From an uncultured Acidobacteriota bacterium (GTDB lineage: Bacteria > Acidobacteriota > Thermoanaerobaculia > UBA5066): a DNA stretch of 64,000 nt. Below the pieces are notes generated by a model, which did no database searches, was not told the DNA's origin, and saw only the letters and a list, made by a program, of their open reading frames with translations. Each line of letters begins with the position of its first letter. The first letter of the stretch is position 1. Below, piece by piece: positions 1-11,600 of the stretch. The stretch lies in the NCBI GenBank assembly GCA_963779415.1, contig CAVZYA010000002.1, forward strand, positions 480,001-544,000, written 5' to 3'. Both the position numbers and the translations under genes were made by a program.

Positions 1-1504
1 GAGCCGGGACTATTCCACGCCCCCCTGGAGCGAGCTGGTCCTCTACGAATTGCACGTCGGGAGCTTTCTCTTCGACCACGCGAACAAACGGCGCGGCAAC
101 TTCGACACGGTGATCGCGAAGCTCGGGTACCTCGCCGACCTCGGGATCAACGCGATCCAGCTGATGCCCGCCGACGAGTTTCCTGGCGACGTCTCCTGGG
201 GCTACAACCCCTCGGCCATCTTCGCGATCGAGCATGCCTACGGCGGCCCGAACGGTCTCCGCCGGCTCGTCGACGCGGCGCAGGCTCGCGGCATCGCAGT
301 CCTCTTCGACGTCGTCTACAACCATCTCGGGCCGGAAGACCTCGACCTCTGGCAGCTGGACGGCTGGAGCCCCGACGGCCAGTCCTGGCAGGGGGGGATC
401 TACTTCTACAACGACTGGCGCTCCGCGACGCCTTGGGGCGATACGCGCCCCGACTACGGCCGGGGAGAGGTGCGACAGTTCCTGCGCGACAACGCCCTCC
501 GGTGGCTTGGGCCGCGGCGCTGCGACGGGCTCCGCTTCGACGCGACCGGCTGGATCCGGAATGTCCACGGTTCCGGCTCGGACCGGAGCGCCGACCTCGC
601 GGACGGATGGAGCCTGATGCAGTGGATCAACTCCGAGATCAAAGGCCGCCAGCCGTGGAAGCTGACGATCGCGGAGGACATGCAGGACAACGAGTGGATC
701 ACGAAGGAGGTCGAGGCGGGGGGCGCAGGGTTCGGAGCGCAGTGGGGCGCGGGGTTCCTGCACACGCTCGAGGACGCGCTCTTCGCGCCCGATGACGGGG
801 CGCGGAACATGTCGGCGCTGCGTGGCGTCGTCGAACAGAGGTTCAACGGCGACGCCTTCCAGCGGGTCGTCTACACGGAGTCGCACGACGAGGTGGCCGA
901 AAGCGCCGGGAAGGCGCGCGTTCCCGAACGGATCTCACCCGGCAACGCCGACGGTTTCTTCGCCCAGAAGCGCTCGACCCTGGGCGCCGCCGTCGTCCTG
1001 ACAGCGCCCGGCATCCCGATGCTCTTCATGGGGCAGGAGTTCCTGGAATGGGGCGCCTGGTCGGATGCCCGGGAGCTGGACTGGACGAAGGCGGACCGCT
1101 TTTCCGGCATCTGCCTTCTTTACCGCGACCTGATCCGCCTGCGCCGGAACTGGTTCGACACGACGCGCGGCCTTCGCGGCCAGAACGTGAACGTCCACCA
1201 CGTGAACGAGGGCGACAAGGTCCTCGCGTTCCACCGGTGGGACCAGGGAGGGCCGCGCGACGACGTGGTGGTCGTCCTGAACTTCGCGAACCGCGCCTGG
1301 CCCGCGTACCGGGTCGGCCTGCCGCGAGTCGGCCTCTGGCGTGTCCGGTTCAACGGGGACTGGCGGGGGTACAGCCCGGCGTTTACCGATCACCCGAGCA
1401 CGGACACGTGGGCGGGGACCGGCGGCAACGGCGACGGGATGCCCTTTTCCGCCGACGTCGGTCTCGGACCTTACACGGCAATCATCCTGTCGCAGGACGG
1501 CTGA
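1..1504 (+). CDS. GH13 alpha-amylase family glycosidase (branching enzyme/trehalohydrolase-like), 5' end outside window
   Basis: Frame is open from the window start (..ELVLYELHVG). Motifs WGYNP, DVVYNH, DGLRFDA, AED and ESHDE, plus a C-terminal amylase beta-domain. Confidence 0.9.
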   Translation, partial: SRDYSTPPWSELVLYELHVGSFLFDHANKRRGNFDTVIAKLGYLADLGINAIQLMPADEFPGDVSWGYNPSAIFAIEHAYGGPNGLRRLVDAAQARGIAVLFDVVYNHLGPEDLDLWQLDGWSPDGQSWQGGIYFYNDWRSATPWGDTRPDYGRGEVRQFLRDNALRWLGPRRCDGLRFDATGWIRNVHGSGSDRSADLADGWSLMQWINSEIKGRQPWKLTIAEDMQDNEWITKEVEAGGAGFGAQWGAGFLHTLEDALFAPDDGARNMSALRGVVEQRFNGDAFQRVVYTESHDEVAESAGKARVPERISPGNADGFFAQKRSTLGAAVVLTAPGIPMLFMGQEFLEWGAWSDARELDWTKADRFSGICLLYRDLIRLRRNWFDTTRGLRGQNVNVHHVNEGDKVLAFHRWDQGGPRDDVVVVLNFANRAWPAYRVGLPRVGLWRVRFNGDWRGYSPAFTDHPSTDTWAGTGGNGDGMPFSADVGLGPYTAIILSQDG

Positions 1505-1569
1505 TCGGCGGGAAGAGAAAAGGGCGGGGGTGAGACCGGCCCTGAATGACTACGTCCGTAGTGTAGGTC

Positions 1570-1627
1570 GGTCGATTGGGGTCGCGTCTTGGGTCGATTG
1601 GGGTCGCGTCTTGCGTTTCTACTATAC
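1570..1627 (+). repeat. 28-bp GGGGTC site, locus A, with 22-bp tandem duplication
   Basis: (ggtcgattggggtcgcgtcttg)x2 at 1570-1613. Full site ggggtcgcgtcttgcgtttctactatac at 1600-1627. Confidence 0.8.
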
Positions 1628-1793
1628 GTCGCAAACGCTCGGCGCGGCTGCGGGCTGTTCCGGGAGGTCCATTCGGCCGAAGCGTTTGGACCGACGCAGC
1701 CAACGTGATCGAGCCGAGGCGCGCCTCTTTGAGTTCGTAGTGCCCATCGCGCCGCATCCGGAATTCGGTGCTCGGACCGAGTGTCGCCGCCGG

Positions 1794-2195
1794 TCACGGT
1801 CGAACGTCGAAGCCTGCGTGCCGGAAGTGCCGGTCGAATGAGAAGACCTGCTTCAGCCGGTGACGAGTCATGAGAGCGAACGACACGCAGTCCGTGAAGC
1901 TGACGCCCTGGTCGGCGAACTTGCGGAACAGATCGACGGCGGCGATCTCGTCCGCGGCATCGGGCCGCAGGATCGTGAGAAGGCGGGAAGAGTAGAAAAC
2001 CTCGGCCCGCTCCGCGGCGAAGGCATAGGTCGTCCGTCGTGCCAGAAGCGTCAGCGTCTCGTCGACGACGAAGTTGGACGTGAAGAGAGGGGAACCCAGG
2101 CGTTCGAGCTGCTTCCAGGCGCGGACCGCTCGCCGGTGGTGCTGATCACCCGCGACGTACCGGGCGAGGAATGCCCCGGTGTCGACGAAAATCAC
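1794..2195 (-). CDS. vapC: PIN-domain toxin (VapC family)
   Basis: MIFVDTGAF, VVDETLT, SFTDCVSFA and FSFDRHF carry the PIN acidic residues. Overlaps the antitoxin stop codon. Confidence 0.9.
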   Translation of the reverse strand: MIFVDTGAFLARYVAGDQHHRRAVRAWKQLERLGSPLFTSNFVVDETLTLLARRTTYAFAAERAEVFYSSRLLTILRPDAADEIAAVDLFRKFADQGVSFTDCVSFALMTRHRLKQVFSFDRHFRHAGFDVRP

Positions 2196-2449
2196 GGCTT
2201 CCCGTAAAGGTACCGATCGTGGTGCCGCGCAAGGTCGCGAGGCGCGGCGCCCCGGAAGATCGCGCCGTCGGAAAAGAGGGGATCCTCGGTTGCCGTCGGG
2301 ACCGCGCGGGGAATCGCAGCATCGAGCGACTCGCGAATCAGGGCGCCCAGCGAAACCCCCCGCTCCCTCGCGCGGCGAAACGCGCGCCGCCGCAGGTCGG
2401 ATGGCAGCATAACCGTCGTGCGCTTCAGGGAAGATGAGGTGGCGCTCAT
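2192..2449 (-). CDS. CopG/ribbon-helix-helix antitoxin (VapB-type)
   Basis: KRTTVMLPSDL...GVSLGALIRESLD RHH pattern and DLARHHDRYLYG C-terminus. Start chosen at ATG 2449, 7 nt after TATTAT. Confidence 0.8.
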   Translation of the reverse strand: MSATSSSLKRTTVMLPSDLRRRAFRRARERGVSLGALIRESLDAAIPRAVPTATEDPLFSDGAIFRGAAPRDLARHHDRYLYGKP

Positions 2450-2563
2450 GACCGCCATAATAACGCCGCCATAACTCCTTGCCAACGGGTTCGCGATCGC
2501 GCCTTCATCTCGATTGGCGAGGCGTCTCTATCCCTTTCCCGCCCGCCGGGCGTACCTATAATT

Positions 2564-2591
2564 GGGGTCGGGCACCTATTATAGAAGTCAA
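2564..2591 (+). repeat. 28-bp GGGGTC site, locus B (GCACC variant)
   Basis: ggggtcgggcacctattatagaagtcaa. AT-rich tail, more divergent than the other copies. Confidence 0.6.
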
Positions 2592-2650
2592 ACTCCTCGG
2601 ACCAGGCGGTCCGGCTGCCAATGGAGCCTCTCGGGCAATCCTGATGCGAG

Positions 2651-2950
2651 CTACCGCTTTTCCTTCCTGATTCCTTCGATCGCCCGCTCGCAGTCGTCGT
2701 TGATTCGCTGGCGGTCGATCTGGTACTCGCGCTCGGCGGCCAGGCGCGCTTCGGGGTCGCCCGTCTTCTTCAGCGCGTCCTTGAAGAGGATCTCGCGTTC
2801 GGCGAGGCGGGAGGAGGCGATGCGCCGGGCCTCGGCGATGGCTTCCTTCTGCTTCGCGGTCAGCGGGGTCTCTTTCGTGCCGGCCTCGCGGTCCCCGGCC
2901 TCGAGGCGCTCCATCGCAAGCTCGATCGCGGTCTTCGGTTTGTCTCCCAT
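2651..2950 (-). CDS. small helical hypothetical protein
   Basis: 99-aa ORF MGDKPKTAIELAMERL..., host-like codon usage, charged helical composition. Confidence 0.75.
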   Translation of the reverse strand: MGDKPKTAIELAMERLEAGDREAGTKETPLTAKQKEAIAEARRIASSRLAEREILFKDALKKTGDPEARLAAEREYQIDRQRINDDCERAIEGIRKEKR

Positions 2951-3166
2951 GTCTCTCTTCTACACCAGAAACGCGCCGGGCAGCGGCCGAAGGCCCTCTG
3001 CGTCGGCCGGACGTCCCACGTGGAGCAGGACGAGGCTGGCAAGAACGTTTCTCATGAAGTTTCCCCGCGCCATTCTCCCCGTTTTTCCCGCCGGCGAGGG
3101 TGAAAGAGAGGCCTCCGAGGTCATGTCTCGTGTTCGTGAAGAGGGGCTGGCGGTAGAATTCAGAAT

Positions 3167-3376
3167 ATGAAGTCGTACCCGGCTGTCATCGAAAAGTGCC
3201 CGGACACGGGGCTCTACGTCGGCTATGTGCCCGGTTTCCCCGGAGCGCATTCTCAAGGGGAAAGTCTGGATGAGCTGCACGAGAACCTTCGAGAAGTGGT
3301 GACGATGCTGCTGGAAGACGGCGACCCGAAACTGTCGTCGGAATTCGTCGGGATATATTCGGTGCAGGTGGCTTAA
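3167..3376 (+). CDS. hicB: HicB family antitoxin
   Basis: YPAVIEKCPDTGLYVGYVPGFPGAHSQGESLDELHENLREV, typical short HicB. Confidence 0.9.
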   Translation: MKSYPAVIEKCPDTGLYVGYVPGFPGAHSQGESLDELHENLREVVTMLLEDGDPKLSSEFVGIYSVQVA

Positions 3377-3378
3377 GC

Positions 3379-3612
3379 GTGGGCACGATCCCCGTGCTGA
3401 AACCACGGGAGGTCGAACGGCTCCTCGAACGCGTCGGATTCGTACTGATCCGGCAGCGCGGTTCTCACCGGCAGTACCGGCACCCGGATGGGCGGCAGAC
3501 GACGCTGCCGTTTCACGGCAACCGGGACGTCTCGCCGATCCTGTTAAGGCAGATTGCGCGAGATATCGGGTTGACGCCGGAACAGCTCCTGCAGGGGCCT
3601 GCCGGAGCGTAG
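3379..3612 (+). CDS. hicA: HicA family mRNase toxin
   Basis: LERVGFVLIRQRGSHRQYRHPDGRQTTLPFH contains the GSH motif. Adjacent to hicB. Confidence 0.9.
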   Translation: MGTIPVLKPREVERLLERVGFVLIRQRGSHRQYRHPDGRQTTLPFHGNRDVSPILLRQIARDIGLTPEQLLQGPAGA

Positions 3613-3781
3613 GGAAACAGGGTCAGCTCGGATCAGGGCCGCGGCTCGCCGGGGCTAAAGACTCAATCCAGATCCGTCGGCACTGCTTTTCGGCCTCGCG
3701 AAGGCCGAGCCTTCTATCAAGATGCTCTGATCAGTCGCCGGTCCGCCCCGACGGCGCATCGCTCTATAAGTCAACCGCCGC

Positions 3782-5134
3782 TCAGCGCGCCGGGGAGGGG
3801 GTGCCCGCCAGCTCGAGGACGGAAAGGGTGAAGGCCGCGACGCCGTTGCGGATGGTGGGGGCGGGGTCGGGCGCAAAGCCGGAGTTGTGGGGGCCGGGGG
3901 CGACCTTCCCCTCGGCCTTCAGGCGCGCGAACTCGTTCGGCTCGATGGCGCCGATCTGCATCTGGATGCCGGGGGCGCCCGCGACGCGGCCGAAGACGCC
4001 GAAGTCCTCGGAGGTCATCGTTGGCTGGCCCTTGACGACGGCCGAATCGCCGAGCGCCTTCTTCAGGCCGGCCATGAGGCGGTCGGCCAGAGCGGGGTCG
4101 TTCACGACGACCTCGCTCGCCTCGGTCGGGTGGACGACGACGAGGGGCTCGCGCGGGGCGCGGCCGGCCGCGGCCTCGGCCTTGGCGATCCGCTCGATGG
4201 CCGCGAGAAGCTGCTTCTGGACCTCGGGGCTGAAGGAACGGACGGTGAGCTGCAGCGTCGCGTCGTCGCCGATGATGTTGCGCTTCGTCCCGGCATGGAA
4301 GGTGCCGACGGTGACGACGGCGGGATCGAACGGGTTCACCTCGCGCGAGACGATGGTCTGCAGGGTGACGACGGCGCGGGCCGCGATGACGAGGGGGTCG
4401 ACGGTGGCGTTGGGCATGGCCCCGTGCCCCCCCTTGCCGTAGAAGGTGATGTCGACGCCGTTCGAGGCCGCGGAGGCCGGGCCGCCGAAGATCCCGATCT
4501 GGCCGGCGGGGAGGTGGTTGCTGTCGTGGATGCCGAGGACGTAATCCGGCTTCGGGAAGCGGGTGAAGAGGCCGTCGGACGTCATCGCCACCGCGCCCTG
4601 AACAGTCTCCTCCGCCGGCTGGCCGACGAAGACCAGCGTCCCGTGCCAGCGGTTCTTCATCTGGGCGAGGAGCGTGGCGGCCCCCACCCACGAGGCCATA
4701 TGGATGTCGTGGCCGCAGGCGTGCATCACGCTCACGGTGTCGCCGGCGTCGTTCTTCGTCGTGACGGTGCTGGCGTAGGGGAGCCCCGTCTGCTCCTTGA
4801 CGGGGAGGGCGTCCATGTCGGTGCGGAGCAGGATCACCGGCCCCGGGCCGTTCTTCATGACGGCCACGACGCCGAACCCCCCGACGTGCTCGGTCACCTC
4901 GTAGCCCAGCGCGCGCATCCGCGCGGCGAGCTTCGGTGCGGTCTTTTCCTCGTGGAGGGAAAGCTCGGGGTTGCGGTGGAGGTCCAGGTAGAGCGTTTCG
5001 AGCCCGGGCCAGGCCGCGTCGAATCCCGCGAGAGCGGGCGGCTCGGCGGCGGGTACGGCGGCGGCGCCGGGCGCGACGGGAACCAGCGCGAAGAGAACGG
5101 CGAGAGCGGAGAGGGCACGGCGAATATGCGTCAT
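3782..5134 (-). CDS. M20 family amidohydrolase with signal peptide
   Basis: LHRNPELS, RTDMDALP, MHACGHD, QPAEE, GGHG and SEDF motifs. Confidence 0.9.
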   Translation of the reverse strand: MTHIRRALSALAVLFALVPVAPGAAAVPAAEPPALAGFDAAWPGLETLYLDLHRNPELSLHEEKTAPKLAARMRALGYEVTEHVGGFGVVAVMKNGPGPVILLRTDMDALPVKEQTGLPYASTVTTKNDAGDTVSVMHACGHDIHMASWVGAATLLAQMKNRWHGTLVFVGQPAEETVQGAVAMTSDGLFTRFPKPDYVLGIHDSNHLPAGQIGIFGGPASAASNGVDITFYGKGGHGAMPNATVDPLVIAARAVVTLQTIVSREVNPFDPAVVTVGTFHAGTKRNIIGDDATLQLTVRSFSPEVQKQLLAAIERIAKAEAAAGRAPREPLVVVHPTEASEVVVNDPALADRLMAGLKKALGDSAVVKGQPTMTSEDFGVFGRVAGAPGIQMQIGAIEPNEFARLKAEGKVAPGPHNSGFAPDPAPTIRNGVAAFTLSVLELAGTPSPAR

Positions 5135-5212
5135 AGGGCGGGGATGCTACTACCTCGGCCGGTCTGTCCTATTCTCCGAAAGCCCGATGGGCACCCCCCT
5201 CAAGGAGCCGAA

Positions 5213-8200
5213 ATGAACCGCCCGCTCGCGCTCTTCCTTGGCGTTCTACTTTCGTCGACGCTTTCCGTGAAGGCTCAGGAGCCGGAAAAGCCGAAGACGC
5301 CCTTCTCGTCCGAGACGTTCTCCGGGATCAAGCTGCGCGAGATCGGCCCGGCCGTCACGTCGGGCCGCGTCGCCGACATCGCGGTCGTCCCCGATCACCC
5401 CGCCGTCTGGTACGTGGCCGCGGCCTCGGGGGGCGTCTGGAAGACGACGAACGCCGGGACGACCTGGACGCCCCTCTTCGACAAGGAGGGGTCGTACTCG
5501 ATCGGCTGCGTCACGGTCGACCCGCAGAACCCGAACGCGATCTGGGTGGGGACGGGGGAGAACAACTCGCAGCGAAGCGTCGGGTACGGCGACGGCGTCT
5601 ACCGGTCGCTGGACGGCGGGAAGAGCTGGAAGAACATAGGGCTGAAGTCGTCGGAGCACATCGGGAAGATCGTCGTCGACCCGAAGAACTCCGACGTCGT
5701 CTATGTCGCCGCGCAGGGGCCGCTCTGGGCGGCCGGGGGCGACCGGGGCGTCTACAAGACGACGGACGGCGGGAAGACGTGGAAGGCCGTCCTTTCGATC
5801 TCGGAGAACACGGGGGCTTCCGACCTCTGGATGGACCCGCGCGACCCGAACGTCCTCTACGCGACGTCGTACCAGCGGCGGCGGCACGTCTGGGGGATGG
5901 TGGACGGCGGGCCGGAGTCGGCCATCTGGAAGACGACGGACGCCGGCGCGACGTGGCGGAAGCTGGAGAAGGGGATCCCCAAGGCGGACCTCGGGCGGAT
6001 CGGCCTCGCCGTCTCGCCTGCGGACCCGGACGTCGTCTACGCGATGATCGAGGCGACCGACCCGAAGGACCGCGGGACGTACCGGTCGACCGACCGGCGG
6101 CGAGAGCTTCACGCGCGTGGGGGACTACTCGGCGCCGGGGCCGCAGTACTACCAGGAGATGATCCCCGACCCGAAGGACGTCGACCGCGTCTACTCGATG
6201 GACGTCTTCAACATGGTGACCGAGGACGGCGGGAAGACGTGGAAGCGGCTGGGCGAGAAGAACAAGCACGTCGACAACCACGCGCTCTGGATCGACCCGG
6301 CCGACACGAGCCACCTCGTCAACGGGAACGACGGCGGCGTCTACGAGAGCTGGGACCGCGGGGCGACGTGGGAGTTCAAGGCGAACCTCCCCGTCACGCA
6401 GTTCTACCGGGTGGCGCTGGACGAGTCGAAGCCGTTCTACTACGTCTACGGCGGGACGCAGGACAACACGACGCTCGGCGGCCCGTCGCGGACGACGACG
6501 GTGCACGGGATCGTCAACTCGGACTGGTTCGTGACGACGGGGGGCGACGGCTTCTTCTGCGCCGGTCGACCCGAAGGACCCGAACATCGTCTACTCCGAG
6601 TCGCAGCACGGAGACCTCGCCCGCTTCGACCGGAAGTCGGGGGAGGAGGTCGACATCCAGCCGCAGGCCGGGCCGGGCGAGGCGCCGCTTCGCTGGAACT
6701 GGGACTCGCCGGTGATCATCAGCCCCTTCTCGAACACGCGGATCTACTTCGCCGCGCAGAGGCTCTTCCGGAGCGACGACCGGGGCGACGACTGGAAGGC
6801 GGTCAGCGGCGACCTGACGCGGCAGGTCGACCGGAACAGGCTGAAGATGATGGGACGCGTCTGGGGACCGCGACGCCGTCGCGAAGAACACGTCGACGTC
6901 GTTCTACGGAAACATCGTCTCGCTGGCCGAGTCGCCGAAGAAGGAAGGGCTCCTCTACGTCGGGACCGACGACGGCCTCGTGCAGGTGACCGAGGACGGC
7001 GGCGCGAACTGGCGGAAGGCGGAGACCTTCCCCGGCGTGCCGGCGAACGCGTACGTCTCCCATCTCGCGCCGTCGCCGCACGACGAGGGGACGGTCTACG
7101 CGGCGTTCGACAACCACAAGATGGGGGACTTCAAGCCGTACCTGCTCAAGAGCACGGACCGCGGGAAGACGCTGGACGTCGATCGCCGGAGACCTCCCGG
7201 CGCGCGGGACGGTCTACACGGTCGCCGAGGACCCGGCGAAGGCCGGCCTCCTCTTCTGCGGGACGGAGTTCGGGCTCTTCTTCTCGCCCGACGGCGGGAA
7301 GCAGTGGATCCAGCTCAAGGGCGGGATGCCGACGATCGCCGTCCGCGACCTCGCGATCCAGAAGCGCGAAGGGGACCTCGTCCTCGCGACGTTCGGGCGG
7401 GGCTTCTTCGTCCTCGACGACCTGACGCCGATCCGGCCGCGCGACCGACGAGCTGCTCGCGAAGGAGGCGGCGCTCCTCCCGGTGCAAGAACGCGTGGAT
7501 GTACGTCCCGTCGATGCCGCTCGGGCTAAGGGACAAGGCGTTCATGGGAGAGTCGTTCTACGCGGCCCCGAACCCGCCGTTCGGCGCGGTCTTCACGTAC
7601 TACCTGAAGGACGAGCTGCGGACGAAGAAGAAAGCGCGGCAGGCCGAGGAGAAGAAGATCGCGGCGAAGGGGGGAGACGTCTTCTACCCGCCGTGGGACG
7701 AGCTCAGGGCCGAGGAGCGGGAGGAGGAGCCGACGATCGTCCTGACGGTGACCGACGGAGCTGGAAACGTCGTCCGGCGGCTCGCGGGAGCGGTGAAGGC
7801 GGGATTCCACCGCGTCGCGTGGGACCTGCGGTACCCGGCGTCGAACCCGACGCGCCCGCCGAAGGCCGAGGAGGACCCCGAGAGCATCTTCATGCCGCCG
7901 CTCCGCGGCCCGCTCGCGATGCCGGGGAGCTACACCGTCACGCTGGAGAAGAAGGTGGACGGCGTGGTGACGAAGCTGGCCGAGCCGGTGAGCTTCACGG
8001 CCGAGGTGCTCGGCACGGCCAGCCTTCCCGCGCCCGACCGCGCGAAGGCGCTGGAGTTCGAGAAGAAAGTGGCGCGGCTGCAGCGGGCCGTCCTCGGCTC
8101 GGTGGAACTGTCGAAGGAAGCGGAAAAGCGGCTCGAGATGCTGCAGAAGGCGCTTTTCGACACTCCCGCGGCCGACGCCGCGCTGATGGCGCGCGCGAAG

Positions 8201-8512
8201 GAGCTGAGCCTGAATCTGAAGGGGATCGAGGAGCAGCTCTCGGGAGACAAGGTGATCGCGAAGTACCAGGAGCCCGTGCCGCCGTCGATCAACCAGCGCG
8301 TCCAGCGGATCGTCCACGCCCTCTGGTCTTCGACCTCCGCCCCCACCGGCACCCAGCAGCGGGGGTACGACATCGCCGCCCAGCAGTTCGCGCCCGTCCT
8401 CGCGAACCTCCGGACGCTCGTGGACTCGGACATGAAAGCGCTCGAGACGAAGGCCGAAGCCGCCGGCGCCCCGTGGACCACGGGACGCGTTCCGACGTGG
8501 CAGCCGGAATGA
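5213..8512 (+). CDS. secreted BNR/VPS10 (sortilin-like) beta-propeller glycosyl hydrolase-like protein; about 6 frameshifts
   Basis: AAGGAG RBS, signal peptide and repeated Asp-box motifs (SxDGGxTW). Coding continues across ORFs 3887, 6117, 6712, 6980 and 7326, with shifts near 6100, 6560, 6865, 7170, 7440 and 7485. Confidence 0.8.
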
Positions 8513-8590
8513 TCAAACGGGGTCAATCAAACGGGGTCGCGTCTCAATTATCCGAATCAAACGGGGTCGCGTCTCAATTATCTATTATAC
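8512..8590 (+). repeat. 28-bp GGGGTC site, locus C, with two upstream partial duplications
   Basis: atcaaacggggtc occurs three times (GGGGTC at 8519, 8533, 8563). Full site ggggtcgcgtctcaattatctattatac at 8563-8590. Starts at the upstream gene's TGA. Confidence 0.9.
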
Positions 8591-8649
8591 GTGGCCCTCG
8601 CATCGCGGGACGTCGGGCTTCTTCCTTCCCCACGGGGGCGATCTTCGTT

Positions 8650-11600
8650 TCAGATCGCCGGCGCCAGTTCGGTTCCTTCCGGCTCCTGCTTGGCCTCTGT
8701 CGCCTCGGGCGCGGTGGCGGCATGGGTCCGCGCCACGAGGACGTAGATCGACGGCACGACGAGGAGGGTGAAGGCGGTGCCGACGATCATGCCGGTGACG
8801 AGCATGATGCCGATGGAGTTCCGCGCGCCGGCGCCCGGGCCGCGCGCGAAGACGAGCGGCAGGTGGCCCATGACCGTGGCCGCCGTCGTCATCAGGATGG
8901 GCCGGAGGCGCGTGCTCGCGGCCTCGACGACGGCCTGCACCTTGCCGACGCCCTGTCTCCTGGAGCTTGTTCGCGAACTCGACGATCAGGATGCCGTTCT
9001 TGGCGATGAGGCCGACGAGGGTGATGAGGCCGACCTGGCTGTAGATGTTGAGCGACGTGAGGCCGAGGAACGAGAAGAGGAGCGCGCCCGAGAGCGCCAG
9101 CGGCACGGAACCGGCCAGGATGATGAACGGGTCGCGGAAGCTCTCGAACTGGGCGGCGAGGACGAGGTAGATGAGGATGGCGGAGAGGAGGAAGGTGCCG
9201 AGGAACTTGCTCCCCTCGGTCCGGAGCTGGCGCGACTCGCCCGCGTAGTCGATGGTGAAGCCCTTCGGCAGGATCTTGGCCGCCTCGGTCCTCGAGGAAG
9301 ACGAGCGCCTTGTCGAGGGAGACGCCCGGCGGGATGACCCCCTGGACGCGCACCGCGTTGAGCTGCTGGAAGCGCTTCAGCTCGCGCGGCTCGGTCGTCG
9401 TCTTCAGCGAGGCGAAGGTGGAGAGCGGGACGAGCTTCCCGTCGGCGCCCGTGACGTAGATCTGGCGAAGCTGGTCGGGGGTGAGGCGCTCGACACGCTT
9501 GACCTGCGGGATGACCTTGTAGCTCCGCCCCTGGATGCTGAAGCGGTTGACGTAGTTCCCGCCGAACAGGGTGGAGAGGTCCTTCCCCGCGTCGGAGAGG
9601 TTCACGCCCTGGGCCCGCACCTTGTCGCGGTCGAAGACGACTTCGACCTGCGGCTGGTCGAACTTGAGGTCGGAGTCGGCGAACATGAAGAGACCGCTCT
9701 GGAACGCCTTCCCGACGAGCTGGCCCGCGAAGCCGGCCAGCTGCTCCGGCTCGGCGGTGGAGGCAATGACGAAGTCGACCGGGAAGCCGCTCCCTCCGGG
9801 AAGAGGGGGCGGAGTGAGCGAAATGACGCGGACGCCGGCGATCTTCGAGGACTTCGCGGCCGCGAGCATCTGCAGGTCCTGGGTGGAGCGCTTCCGCGCG
9901 CTCCAGGGTTTCGTGACCATGCCGCCGAAGCCCCCGCTCGGGGAGGTGATCTGGAAGATGCTCTCGCTCTCGGGGAAGGACCGGTAGACGTCGGCCACCT
10001 GCGAGGCGAAGAGCGTCGTCTGGTCGAGGGTGGCGTTCGGGGCCGCCTGGATGACGCCGAAGACGACGCTCTGGTCCTCCTTCGGCGCGAGCTCCTTCTG
10101 GGAGAAGAGATAGAAGGGGACGATGAGGAGCGTGACGAGGACCCAGAGCGTGAGGACGACGGGCCGGTAGTTCAGGGTCGCGGCGAGCTGACGCGCGTAC
10201 GTGGCGCGGAACGCAGTCGAAGCGCCGGTTGACCCAGCCGGCGAAGCCGCGCTCGGAGTCGCCGGACCGAAGCAGCTTCGAGCCCATCATCGGCGAGAGG
10301 GTGAGCGCCACGACGCCCGAGACGATGACGGCGCCCGCCAGCGTGAAGGCGAACTCGCGGAAGAGCGCGCCGGTGAGGCCCCCCTGGATGCCGATCGGGG
10401 CGTAGACCGCGGCGAGCGTGATCGTCATCGCGATGATCGGCCCGACCAGCTCGCGGGCGGCCTTCATGGCGGCTTCGAGCGGCTTCTGGCCGAGCTGGAG
10501 GTGCCGCTCGACGTTCTCGACCATGACGATGGCGTCGTCCACGACGAGCCCGACGGAGAGGACGATCGCGAGGAGCGTGAGGAGGTTGATCGTGAAGCCG
10601 GCGAGGAACATCAGGAAGACGGCGCCGACGAGCGAGACCGGGATCGCCACGACCGGGATCACGACCGACCGGTACGAGCCGAGGAAGAGGAAGATGACGA
10701 GGACGACGATGAGGAGCGTCTCGGTGAGGGTCTTCAGGACCTCGTCGATGGCGTCCTGGATGTAGGCCGTGGAGTCGTACGGGATCCCGACTTTCATCCC
10801 GGCCGGGAGCTGCGCGCGGATCTCGGGAATGGCCTCCCGCACCCGCTTGATGACCTCGAGCGCGTTGGCCGTTCGGGAGGACCCAGATCCCCATGAACGT
10901 GGCGTCCTGCCCGTTGAAGTGGACGTCGGAGTCGTAGTCCTCGGCGCCGAGGACGACGTCGGCGATCTCGCCGAGCCGGACGATGGTTCCCCTCGTCCTG
11001 CTTGACGACGAGCTGGCGGAACTCCTCGGCGGTCTGGAGGTTCGTGTTCGCGACGAGGTTCACGGAGACCATCGAGCCCTTCGTGCGGCCGAGGGCGGAG
11101 AGGTAGTTGTTGTTCGCCAGCGCGTCGCGCACCTGCGAGGCGGAAAGGCCCGAGGGCGGCCATCTGGTCGGGCTTCAGCCAGATCCGCATCGCGAACGTC
11201 CGGCTCCCGAGGATGTCGGCGCGCTGCACGCCGCTGATCGGCCGCGAGCTTCGGCTGGACGACGCGCGTCAGGTAGTCGGTGATCTGGTTCTGGTCGAGG
11301 TCCGCGGAGGAGAAGCCGATGTACATCGACGCGAACTGCGAGTCGGCCGTCTGGAGGTCGATGACGGGGGCCTGCGCCTCGGGCGGGAGGTCGTTCCGCA
11401 CCTGCGCGACCTTGGCCTGCACCTGCGTCAGCGCGGCGTTCGTGTCGTAGTTGAGCTTCAGGTGGACGGTGATGGTGCTGACGCCCTGCGCGCTCGACGA
11501 CTCGAGGTAGTCGATGCCGTCGGCGCTCGCGATGACGCGCTCGAGCGGGGTCGTGATGAAGCCGCGGACGAGGTCGGCGTTCGCGCCGACGTAGACCGTC

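Noticed and set aside
1482-1757. 91-aa minus-strand ORF as a transposase remnant
   Set aside because: No HUH or DDE motif. It simply reads through site A.
8512-8590. Possible CRISPR array or Tn3/Tn21-type 38-bp inverted repeat (GGGGTC start)
   Set aside because: No unique spacers or cas genes. The sites lack the TAAG end of Tn3-family IRs, 5-bp target duplications and a transposase.
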